A DNA stretch of 35,549 bases from Octopus bimaculoides (lineage: Eukaryota): assembly GCF_001194135.2 (NCBI RefSeq), contig NC_069001.1, positions 19,505,213-19,540,761 of the forward strand, given 5' to 3'. Shown here one piece after another: positions 23,713 to 34,651 of the stretch; position 1 is the first letter of the stretch; every line of letters starts with the position of its first letter. The translations under genes and the position numbers were made by a program. The notes under the pieces were generated by a model. The model saw only the letters and a list, made by a program, of their open reading frames with translations. It was not told the DNA's origin and did no database searches.

Positions 23713-24354
23713 CTACAAGACAAAAATATAAGAAAAATTATAAAACTACTAAAAGACCAGAGAATACATTATTTTTTGTTCTTACTGATGGTATAACTTA
23801 CCCTCTTCTTTTCGGTGGGTGAGTCCCCAAACATTATAATCTCCATACATTATCAGATACGGTAGCTACAAAATATTCAGACCAGGAAGCACACAGCACT
23901 CCAACATTCTAATAGTATTCTGATATTTTTATAATCATACACAATATTCCACATGAATTACAATAATTTCCTAAACACAATATTCCGACATTCCTATAAC
24001 AGACAGTATCCCAACACAACTGTTTTACATTAACCATTGATTTATTACTGTTGCCATTTGTGATTCCATAAGACATTGGAAAAAAATGAATATGAAATGA
24101 TGATAATGACAATAAAAAAACCTCCTTGTTAAAAAGTTCAACCTGATGTAACACAAGCATCCTCTGGACAAACACCTACTTGACACACAATCTCTCTTAC
24201 TTGCGTTGTGACACAGGCATCTTCAGCACCCTCTACAAATACCCTCTCAGCTGTTGCTGCTGCTGGAATACATGTACTATCCTAACTATGTATCACAAGC
24301 ACTCTTTCAGTTCATTGCTACTGCATTACTAGTGCCCTTCCACTGATTTTATGA

Positions 24355-24754
24355 TAGGAGTGGCTGTGTGGTAAGTAGCTTGCTTACCAACCACATGGTT
24401 CCGGGTTCAGTCCTACTGCATGGCACCCTGGGCAAGTGTCTTCTACTATAGCCTCGGGCCGACCAAAGCTTTGTGAGTGGATTTGGTAGATGGGAACTGA
24501 AAGAAGCCCGTTGTATATATGCATATATATATATGTATGTGTGTGTATATGTTTGCGTGTCTGTTCTTATCCTCCCAACATTGCTTGACAACTAATGCTG
24601 GTGTGTTTACATACCCATAACTTAGCGGTTCGGCAAAAGAGACCGATAGAATAAGTACTAGGCTTACAAAGAATAAGTCCTGGGGTTGATTTGCTCGACT
24701 AAAGGCAGTGCTTCAGCATGGCCACAGTCAAATGACTGAAACAAGTAAAGAGTA
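24355..24754 (+). mobile_element. Near full-length tRNA-derived SINE (Octopus-type) with a central TA/TG microsatellite
   Basis: A-box-like tggctgtgtggtaag, B-box-like ggttcagtcc, conserved body ggcaagtgtcttctactatagcctcgggccgaccaaagc, and tail cagcatggccacagtcaaatgactgaaac. Confidence 0.85.
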
Positions 24755-24859
24755 TCAAATTACTATAACACATGTAACTCTTTTCACTAGTATCTGGCCA
24801 GTAGCTGCTGTTCTGACCAGTGCTGTGGAGTTGGAGCCAGTAAAAATATAGTCAGATCA

Positions 24860-25050
24860 GTCAGGTATGGAGATATGCACCATTGCAGCATGTCACTGCA
24901 TCCACCATTTGTCAGTATCTGCTCAGGCTGTCATGGGCAATCCTCTGGGCAGTGCCCCAGTCAGTTCCCATGTCCATGAAATACTTCCTCATCCATTGTG
25001 ACCATGAGGCATGTAGCTGTTCAACACGAACCATCACCAATCCTTAGAGA
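24860..25050 (-). mobile_element. 3' end fragment of a second RTE-type LINE family
   Basis: Minus strand ...HASWSQWMRKYF...MGTDWGTAQRIAHDSLSRY*QMVDAVTCCNGAYLHT resembles RTE ORF C-termini. Confidence 0.5.
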
Positions 25051-25393
25051 AGAGAAACTGGTACACAGGATTCAACTCAGAAAATCAAGCAACATAACCA
25101 AACAGCCTAAGCTGACACTCCTGAATCATAAAAATAACAAGACATATCCTAGTTTTTGAGTATAGTCAGTGGTTGGATACAAAATCAAACCAATGGTAGC
25201 CCATAATCTTGTGAAGCATTGTGGTGGTCTCTAAGTGTCCAAGTCTCACAACTGTAGAGTAACAACAGGAGAACCAAAGACCTGAACCTTTATACTCTTG
25301 ATATCAGCAGAGTCAAACACCTTTATTCAGTGAGTTAATAACTACACCATTTTCTCCCTTCGGGGAGATGGCCTTGCTCAATATATTGTAAAG

Positions 25394-26820
25394 GTGTTGG
25401 TAGAAACTCCGCATAGTGTACCCAGTGTAAGCAATGGACACAAAAGAAAGTTAACAGAGAAAGTAGTCTTTGTGTGTAGATGTGCAGGTACAATAAACAC
25501 TAAGAATGTACAGAGAATAGACTTTCTCAAATGCCCAGGGAGATCCTTAGAAGTAGTACACAGTTTCTGCTACCTAGGGGACCAAGTCAGCAGCGGAAGA
25601 GGAATCTCTGAAAGAATAGTTGCTAGAATAAGAACAGGCTGGGTAAAGTTCAGAGACCTACTATCTTTGTTGATAAAAGATGGTCTCTCCCTCAGAGTGA
25701 AAGGCAGATTGCTTGATGCCTGTGTATGAACAACTATGCTACATGGCAGTGAAACATGGGCTGTGATTACAGAGGACATGCAAAGGCTTGAAAGAAGTGA
25801 AGCCACCATGCTCCACTGGATGGGTAATCTCAGTATGCAGGTAAGACAGAGTGTAAATCATTTAATAAAAAGTTGGATATAAGAGGCATCAGATGTAGTG
25901 TGCAAGAGACAAGACTGTGCTGGTATGGTCATGTGATGCATATGGATGAGGACAGCTGCATAAAGAAGAGCTGATTTCTAATTGTGGAGGGAACCCATGG
26001 AAAGGGTAGACCCAAGAAGACACAGAATGAAGTGATGAGAAATGATCATCAGAATTTGAACTTCACTGATATGACAAAAGACCAAGACTTCTGTAAATTT
26101 GCTGTGCTTGAGAAGACACATCAAGCTAGGTAATACCATAGGCATCCATACATACAGGCATGTCCTTTATGGCCACCACACCATACACAAAATCTGTCCT
26201 CTATTAAAACTCCTCCACACCCTCACCACTCTTCTTCATATGCCTATCTGCTCACATTCCATACCCCACACCCAGCCATTTCAGTTCCTCTCACCATCAC
26301 TTGCTGTCTCTAAACATCTCTCCTTACACTCTTATGGAACATACCCGTCTATCTTCTCTGAACTATTTATAATACCACACACTGCCCTCTCTCTATCACT
26401 CTACCTCATTACCTCTCTCTCACCTTCCTTGTCCAATAGACGTAGCCAAGTATCTCCTCTATAGTAAGAGGGCTACCTCAGTTCCTCTATCATACTCTCA
26501 TCTCTCACCTTATTACAGCCACTTCTCTTGGTTCTACTTCCTCTCTCAGCTGAGAAGTCTTTTGTCTTGCAAGTTACTTGGTGATCCCACAGGTGCTGGT
26601 AGCATGTAAAATGCACCTGTGTTGGTGCCATGTAAAGTCACCCATGCTGGTGCTACATGACAAGCCCCCATGCTAGTGCCACATAAAAAGTACCCAAGCA
26701 TAGAAACCATGCCAAAACAGACAACTGGAGCCTGGTGCAGCTCTCCGGCTTACCAGCTCCTGTTAAACCATCTAACTCACCCCTGTATGGAAGACAGACA
26801 TTAAATAATTATCATGATGA
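25394..26820 (+). mobile_element. RTE-clade LINE, 5'-truncated (RT C-terminal part, CT-rich UTR, tail)
   Basis: SLEVVHSFCYLGDQVSSG...ARIRTGWVKFRDLL...LSLRVKGRLLDACV*TTMLHGSETWAV...LERSEATML...RLCWYGHVMHMDEDSC; tail at 26575-26820. Confidence 0.9.
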
Positions 26821-27137
26821 CAATATGTAACAAGAGACATCAATAATAGAATCAGTGTGTAATGTAAAATGGTAAAGCTGGAATACTGTGTCATAAGAAT
26901 GTTGGAATATTATGGATAGGGCGATGTGCTCTACAGGAATCTGGAGCTGCAAAGTATGCCTCCCCAACTGGTTGGGCTGATGGCACTCGACAATTTTGAG
27001 TATTGACTCTAGTCTTGGCTTTAACAGAATTAACTTCTCATCTGTGCAATCTAAGTCCCCACCCATTTGTTCCTTTTGCCATATTGACAATGGTAAACAA
27101 CTGTAATGAAAAACTTGTATTGAAAAAATTTACTCAC

Positions 27138-27206
27138 CTGAACATCTTCACTGTCACTTATCTCTGCTTCTTTCAAATCATCCTCATTAGCTGCTAATAA
27201 ATCCAT
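27138..27206 (-). CDS. UTP14: UTP14 coding exon 1 (start codon): MDLLAANEDDLKEAEISDSEDVQ; whole exon 27138-27222 includes 16 nt of 5'UTR
   Basis: Minus strand: ttttacag| acceptor, GAGCACCATGG Kozak-like context, CAG|GTGAGT donor; 69 nt, phase 0, joins the next exon in frame; acidic N-terminus as in UTP14 proteins. Confidence 0.8.
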
Positions 27207-27323
27207 GGTGCTCACTTCAATACTGTAAAACCCACACTAAAACCATATGGTAGGGTCAGCTACAACAATAAACAAAGTTTATTACATATACAAGTTTGCA
27301 AGAAAATGCATTTTATTTATAGA

Positions 27324-27740
27324 CTAGCAGAGATACCCAGCGTTGCCCGTGTTACATGCAATGGAAGAATTAGACTTTTCTGTTATATTTTCTCTAATGA
27401 ACTGGAATACCTATAATTCGATTTTCATCAAAATTGCAGATGAGGGTTCTTTCCCTCTTTACACACTCTAAAAAAAATTCTAATCATCACACATGTATCC
27501 CATACTACTGATCTTTATGCGCAGATTCCAAAATTCCAATTTTATGGAACCTGTTAAAAAGATTTTGCTCCTGAAAAACAGAGGTCATCGAGGTCTAAAA
27601 TATGGGAGTTAAGGCCCCTATTGGGGTGGGTGTTTTAATGTCAACCAGAGAAGTCGAATTGTTGAGAATCTTTTTGACTTGGGTCTTATATGTATTGTTC
27701 GAATTTCTTTGAAATTGAAAATATATGTATGTTCACTGGG
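27324..27740 (-). mobile_element. Non-autonomous Helitron, 3' portion
   Basis: Minus strand ends cgggcaacgctgggtatctctgCTAG|T (27324-27350): degenerate GC hairpin about 10 nt before CTAG, same layout as the terminus at 1941-1967. Confidence 0.8.
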
Positions 27741-28534
27741 GTTGTAAAAGAGAGCAAAACTACAGGAAACCAAAAGACAAATGATCACAATAAGCAGTCA
27801 GCTACCCTACCCTAGTCGTTACTACTCCCCAATGTAGGATTCCATACAAGTGATAGGCACAGCCATAAGATGCATTACAGATCTATAGCAATTGGAAGGG
27901 CATGATCCAACTGAAATAAACATTAACAACTGTGTGACGTGAGGGCTAAGGGGAAACGAAAATGTCACCTCTGGAGTTTGCAAATGACCACTATTCTGAT
28001 AGATAGGTAACTGAACAGAATAAATTTACAATCTATAAATGTCTTTCAATAGCCAGTCACTCATCTGGGAAGGCTTTGAAATCAATGTTACCATCAGGGG
28101 ACTATGTGTGACCCAGTGATAATGAAAAGGCTGAAAGGAGGTCTGCAACAAAATAACTTTACTCAACACTTTGCAACTGAATCAGTGGAGGCAAAGATGC
28201 CTCTCATATACTTGACAATTTATGCACTACATTGCAGAAAACACAATCTAAGTATATCTCAAAGCAAACTCTTACACTGTTGCACCATTGAATTACAAAT
28301 AACGCTTATCTTTTTTGCTCAGGTGACCCTACAGCTTCCAAGAGTACAACTTTATTTGTCATTGCTTAGATAAAATGACTAAATTGTGGATGTTAAGTCC
28401 CCATGAAGGAGTCTTTCTAACTTCTAAGAAGATGAAATTTTAGAAATATTACTTTATTTGTGTCTAATATCTATGGTTAAAATTTCATCAACAGCAAAAA
28501 TATATGAATTTTCATGGAGGTTATGGCCCTTATG

Positions 28535-28841
28535 CATCATCATCGTCATCGTTTAACGTCCGCTTTCCATGCTAGCATGGGTTGGACGATTTGACTGAGG
28601 ACTGGTGAGACCGGATGGCAACACAAGCCAACAATCTGATTTGGCAGTTTCTACAGCTTGATGCCCTTCCTAACGCCAACCACTCAGAGAGTGTAGTAGG
28701 TGCTTTTACGTGTCACCCGCACGAAGGCCAGTCAGGCGGTACTGGCAACGGCCACGCTCAAAATGGTGTATTCTATGTGCCACCCGCACTGGCAACGATC
28801 TCGCTCGAAAATCCTACGAAGGCCAGTCAGGTGGTACTGGC
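28535..28841 (-). mobile_element. Young antisense RTE-tail/SINE-like copy running into the assembly gap
   Basis: catcatcatcgtcatcgtttaacgtccgctttccatgctagcatgggttggacg...gatgcccttcctaacgccaaccac is the reverse complement of the tails at 21250-21443 and 26575-26820; CpGs are retained. Confidence 0.8.
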
Positions 28842-29080
28842 NNNNNNNNNNNNNNNNNNNNNNNNNNNNNNNNNNNNNNNNNNNNNNNNNNNNNNNNNNN
28901 NNNNNNNNNNNNNNNNNNNNNNNNNNNNNNNNNNNNNNNNNNNNNNNNNNNNNNNNNNNNNNNNNNNNNNNNNNNNNNNNNNNNNNNNNNNNNNNNNNNN
29001 NNNNNNNNNNNNNNNNNNNNNNNNNNNNNNNNNNNNNNNNNNNNNNNNNNNNNNNNNNNNNNNNNNNNNNNNNNNNNNNN
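28842..29080. other. Assembly gap (239 N)
   Basis: N run. Confidence 1.
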
Positions 29081-29423
29081 GGGGGGGTCTTAAAATCCTG
29101 AGAAGTGGAAACTTTGAGAATACTTCTTGATGTGTGTCAATTACCCATGGTTGAAATTTCATAGGGGTTCTGCTCCCTTTAAGCCATCTCAAATTTAAAC
29201 CAAACATACTGCATTATACCCGCCCTTATGCTTTGAATGTAAGTTCCAAATATCATAAGGATCCATTCAGTAATTTTGGTCTATGAAACTGAAACACACA
29301 GCATTATACTTCTCCCTAGGCTTGGATTTTGTGTTCCAAATTTCATTAGGATCGGTGCAGTAGTTTTCGAATGTATAAGTAACACACGAATACACATAAA
29401 GACATTGACTTTTATATAATAGA
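29081..29423 (-). mobile_element. Non-autonomous Helitron, 5' portion
   Basis: Minus strand A|TCTATTATATAAAAGTCAATGTC...AAAACTACTGCACCGATCCTAATGAAATTTGG: canonical 5' TC and a Lep1/DINE-like ccgat...gaaattt core. Confidence 0.8.
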
Positions 29424-29462
29424 TATGAATATGCACATATACATGTATGTGTGTGTGTGTAT

Positions 29463-29501
<39 letters not shown>

Positions 29502-29574
29502 GAAAAGATAGATTGATAGATACAACTGAGTGGGTAAACAAAAATGAGACACTGCCTAGTGCTTCTTTTTATTT

Positions 29575-29875
29575 TGATAAGCCTGGTATTCATTCTATCA
29601 GTTTCTTCTTGCCAAACCAGTAAGTTATGGGGATGTAAATAAACAAACAGCAGTTGTGAAGCAGTGATGAGGGAAAAACACAGACAGAAAGACACACACA
29701 TACACTTATATATACGATTGATTTCTTTCAGTTTCTGTCAACAAAATCCACTCACAAGGCTTTGGTTGGTCTGAGGCTATAGCAGAAGACACATGCCAAT
29801 TCATCATACAGTGGCACTGAACCCAGGACCATGTGTTTTGGAACCAAGTTTCTTACCACACAGCCACACCTGCAT
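29575..29875 (-). mobile_element. tRNA-derived SINE, antisense copy of the family at 24355-24754
   Basis: ...ccactcacaaggctttggttggtctgaggctatagcagaagacac...tgaacccaggaccatgtg...cttaccacacagccacacc. Confidence 0.82.
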
Positions 29876-29879
29876 CTAT

Positions 29880-29971
29880 GTGTGTGTGCATTGGTGTATA
29901 TATGCATGCATGTACATGTGTATATATTACATGTACATCTATATATATACATATATACATTATAGATATAT

Positions 29972-30003
<32 letters not shown>
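29880..30003. repeat. (TG)/(TA) low-complexity microsatellite flanking the gap
   Basis: Directly visible. Confidence 0.95.
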
Positions 30004-30103
30004 NNNNNNNNNNNNNNNNNNNNNNNNNNNNNNNNNNNNNNNNNNNNNNNNNNNNNNNNNNNNNNNNNNNNNNNNNNNNNNNNNNNNNNNNNNNNNNNNN
30101 NNN
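30004..30103. other. Assembly gap (100 N, probably an unknown-size placeholder)
   Basis: N run of exactly 100. Confidence 1.
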
Positions 30104-30115
30104 CGCTATCTGTAT

Positions 30116-32545
30116 ATTCTTTTATTCTTTTATGTTTCAGTCCAATGACTGTGGTCATGCTGGAGCATCACCATTGTAATCATCTTTCCACTCTCCACTT
30201 TTGTTGGAGCGGATTTTGGTGAAGGATGGAGTTTGATGTTACTGCCCTCTTTTGAATTTCTTGCCTAGGTATTGGCTCATCCAGGATCTTGGCAAGCCAG
30301 TGGTCAAATTCACATTTGAAAACGTCTACATCCACTCTATGTAGGCTCCTCAGATGTTTTGGCAAACAGTTAAACAGCTGTGGGCCCTTGAAACCCAAGT
30401 TATTGCAGTACATCATCCTTGCCCGAGATGAAACAGTTTGCACATTGGGGACAGCACAGTGACGTCCCGTTCATGGTCTGGTATAGCTCTTTATTCTAAA
30501 GTTTGGTACCAGTCCTTCCAGTATCTTCCATACATATATCACTGCATACCTCTCCCGCCTTCATTCCAGGGAATAGAGTCGTAGCTCTTTCAATCTGTCC
30601 CAGTAGCACAGTCATTCCATTGATGCAATTTTCTTTGTGTAATGTCGTTGGATTGCTTCAAGCTCTGCTATCGTCTTTGTAGTATAAGGTGACCATACCT
30701 GAGAGCAGTAGTCCAGTCAGCTGAGGATAAATGACTTCCATTGTGTCATCATAATTTCCTGGTCCCTTATCCGGAAGGTTCTCAGAATCCAACCGGCCAG
30801 TCTTCTAGATACTCCTACCATTTTGTTGATATGTGTGTGAAATGAGGCATTGTTGCTTATTTCTATTCCAAGATCATGCACCGTATTTGATTCTGGGACC
30901 ATTGCTCCACTTGGTCCAATGTACTGATGTCGTGATTCCTGAGCAGTGCTTAACTGGTAACGGAGGGCCTGAAATTTACTTGCATTAAATTGCATGTTGT
31001 TATCCTCAGCCCGTGTATGGATGGCATCTAGATCTTTCTGTAAGAGCATAGCATCAGAGGTTTCCTTGACTGACTGTGCAACTTTTGTGTCGTTGGCATA
31101 GCTGGTAAGCATGGCTGCCTCTGTCACTGATGGCATATCTGATAGGGCTACCATGAAAAGCAGTGGCCCCAGGACAGTGCCCTGAGGCACTCCACTCACT
31201 ATTAGTGTCCCTGTGGAGAGAGCTCCATTGGCTGCTACAGTTTGGCTCCTGTCCTTTAAGAAATCATGCAGTCACTCTCCAACTTTACCAGTGATGCCAA
31301 GTCCCCATATTTTGTGGCATATCATTCCATGGTTGACCTTGTCAAATGCCTTCACAAAGTCGAGGTATACCACATCCACATTTGAGCAATTCATTAATTG
31401 CTTCACTACCCAGTCATAGTGTCACAGAAGCTGTGTAAGACAGCTCCTTCCCGGGCAAAAGCTATGTTGGGTGTTAGAGAGCAGGTCATTGTCCTCAAGG
31501 AACTCAATCAGTCTTTTTCTGACAATGCGCTCCATGACTTTGCTGACGTGGGAGGTGAGGTCTATAATTCCTAGCCTCTGCCCTGCTTCCTCCCTTATGG
31601 ATAGGGCATATCATTCCCACTTTTAGTTTTTGGGGGAGTTTCTCCATCCTGAGGGACTCCTGGAAAAGAATTTGAAGCAGTCTAGCTAGAGTTCTTTTAC
31701 ATTTCTTTAGGAGGATTGCAGGGAATCCATCAGGGCCCATTGCCAAGTTCGAGCTCAGCACTTCAATGGCTGATATCACATCAGTTTCCTCTATGTTGAT
31801 GTTATCAATAGTTGCCATTTCACAATGTGTCTTCAGGGTCAAAGAGCCTATCCAGCACATTCACTTGTAGCTTCCCCAGTGGTATACTGAAAGCACTCTG
31901 GTATTGTGCATTCAGTAATTCACTGATCCTCTGGGGGTCCACAGTTGGTGAGCTATTTTCATCTAGTAGCGGTCCTATTTTGTAACACACTGAAGCAGAT
32001 TCTTTCGCATATCTATAGAAGGCCTTAGGGTTTGCTTTAATGTTTTTCATAGTCCTGGCTTCCTTTTCTGCCCTTTCCTTTTCATGGGAAAGTTTGAGTG
32101 CATTTTCAATCTCAAGCAAGGTGCATTCAAGGTGGATTGAAATCTTTTAGATGTCCATTTAGACGATTTGAGATTTTTGTTCTTCGTCTCATTAGTATCC
32201 TCCCATCCCTGGGTATTATATTTTTCTTCGCCTGTTGATTTGGTGCTCTCTTTGGGGTAAACTTACTGCAGGTATCATATATGGTTGCCATGAAGTTCTG
32301 TAGTTTCATGTTGATGTTTTCCCCGGAGAGGATGGTGGACCAGTTACATTTCAGGACCTCTTTTTCAATGCCCTTCCAGTCAGCTTTGTGGAAATTCAGG
32401 CTAGAGATGAGATGAGCGTTTCTAGTATTTCATATGTCCATGGTCTTTTGTGGACCATACATCACCAGCTCTATTAAATTATGGTCTGAAAAAAGCGTTG
32501 GTGTCACTTTTACGTCATGTGTGAGTGCCGAGCTGTTTGTGAAAC
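30116..32545 (-). mobile_element. CR1-clade LINE, 5'-truncated ORF2 pseudogene (end of APE endonuclease, RT, 3' tail)
   Basis: LDLCFTNS...FSDHNLIEL; AMGPDGFPAILLKKC; PIHKGGSRAEARNYRP; VDVVYLDFVKAFDKVNHG; SGVPQGTVLGPLLF; SYANDTKV; FNASKFQAL; GPQLFNCLP. Several frameshifts and stops. Confidence 0.95.
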
Positions 32546-33165
32546 ATAAGTCCAGAAAAGGATGATCAGCAGGTATTCCTGGATGTGCTAATAACTCACA
32601 CAGAGTATGAGTTCAAAATATCCATATACCTGAACTTCAATTCCCGCCATCCATACAATATAAAGAGAGGGATTGTTCACTGCTTACAGCGTCAAGCAAA
32701 GACTATAAGTAGCAATCCTGATACCATCAAGAAATGATCAGGTTAAGAAACATTACTATGTAGCGACTACCCAGCAAGTATACTACAACCCCAGCTATAA
32801 GGGAAGAGGATAAAATCCAAGAAAAACCTGCAACAAAACAAGTGAGTCTGTGTGTGCTCGCGCGCGCATTTGTGTATGTAAGAAAAAAAAAACATTTACT
32901 AATAGAAAAGAATGCTATTAAAATAAATTAACTTTTATGCACCTTTTCTAAATCACTGTGGATAAATCCCAACAACAACCTTCTCAAGCTCCCCAATATT
33001 TTAAAATGATAAACAGAAACAATGAAGTGAGGGCTGAAACAATAATAAATTTTCAATGCTTTTTTTTAATAGCATAAATGTGAAAAACATCAATACATGC
33101 CAGAGTGACAAAGCGATGCAGAAGGTGGTTGTCTGATGTGCTAGAAACAACAGTCAAATCTTCCT

Positions 33166-33600
33166 TAAATCACACGCGTTTTCTGACGAAAAGGCGTGTG
33201 ATTTATGGGAGATTTGGCTGTTTTCCAATATTTTTTTTTTGCCGAAAAGGCTTTTCCTATGGCTTTTAAGTGCGTAGTGCAAAAAAAAAAAAAGATAGAA
33301 AAAAAACTGGCCAAAATCGGTCCGGTGGTGGGGGTGTGAAAAAAATCATAAATTTTAAAACAGTTCTTTTCATAAAACGATGCCCCCCACCACCACTTCA
33401 TTTCGAAGGCAGGGATGAAAAAATTGGATAAAATTCTCATCAAAAAAGAGAAAATCCAACTTATGTGGGCGTCCTGATCCGAAACTCCGCCCCTTAACAA
33501 CCCTAAAGTCAATAGAACTCCACCACCACCACCACCACCACACTTGAACATTCAACGTTAATAGTTCTTTCATTTAAAAGTGATAAATTATTTTCTTTGA
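33166..33600 (+). mobile_element. Probable HINE/Helentron-type non-autonomous element starting with a 40-bp hairpin; contains a (CAC)n tract at 33521-33542
   Basis: taaatcacacgc-gttttctgacgaaaag-gcgtgtgattta (33166-33205), followed by CpG-rich sequence with aaaatcggtcc motifs. Right boundary is uncertain. Confidence 0.5.
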
Positions 33601-34565
33601 CACTCGAAGTTCTCATTTTATGCCTCACAGTCGTCAATAAACTCATTGAAACAGATCACAATCCACTTGTTTAATTTTTTAGACGTTAAAAAAAAAGAAA
33701 CCCAACTTAATGCCGCTCTCCTGTTGACTTAAAACTCTCCAACTAAAGTATTTTTGTTGAAAGTTCTTTTTTTATGAACTTCACTGCGATTCAATTTCAA
33801 CAAAACAATCTTTTAAATTTACTTTTTAGGTGGCATTGTACCATTGAATCGACACATCCACCAACACTTCCTGCATACACGAATATACAGCTAGAATTTT
33901 TTCAGCGCCTGTCTTGTAAAATATATTTACCCATTTTTAAGGAGAGAATATCTTGGACACTTTATTGACAATCAAACCACAATTTCGTTGTTCTCACCGG
34001 GTCTGTGAGGTTCTCCAACCACAATCTTAACCGTTCTTTATATTTTAATTACAGTCCTACAATTATGTTGTGAAACATCGTATTGTTCAAAACATTTGGA
34101 GAGTATACCGTCAGTTAATTACTATTCTTTAGTGATTAACTGGACAGATACCTTATTCAGGGAACCACTACTTGTTGCGAAATAATTTGTAAAATCCTTG
34201 ATTTACTGGAAGTTGTATTTTCTGTAGTTCCAGATAAACAAGAGCTACTGAAATGTTGGTTGCAAACAAATCAATGTCTATCTTCAAGACTTCTCACAAG
34301 AATTTGAACATCCAAGGAAATGGGTTACCTTTAACGAATCATTCAGCACAACAGAAATTGTCTGAATGTTCTTTAACAGCTGGACAACTTCCATATATCC
34401 AGTCAAAGAAAACTTATTTACGGAACGATAAACGAGAATCGGTGAGCTAGTAACTATTTCTAAATTCTACTCATGTTTTTATACTTCTTTCCTCATGGAG
34501 TAAAGTTATTTTGCGTCTGTGGTCATTTTTTCTGTGTCCCTTTGCCGTTCTTATGGTTGGCTATC

Positions 34566-34651
34566 AAGGGCCCGGGAACAGGGGGTGCAGCGGGTGCACC
34601 CGCACCCCCTAGAATTTTCAGGGGGTGCAAGATCAAAATTTGCACCCCCCC
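34566..34651. mobile_element. GC-rich double-hairpin sequence resembling a hAT/MITE terminus
   Basis: caagggcccgg start; agggggtgc...gcaccccct and agggggtgcaa...ttgcacccccc palindromes. Confidence 0.45.

Noticed and set aside
24355-24420. tRNA gene
   Set aside because: The A/B-box-like head belongs to a SINE; no cloverleaf can be drawn.
28615-29207. ORFs spanning the N gap
   Set aside because: Artefacts of translating through Ns.
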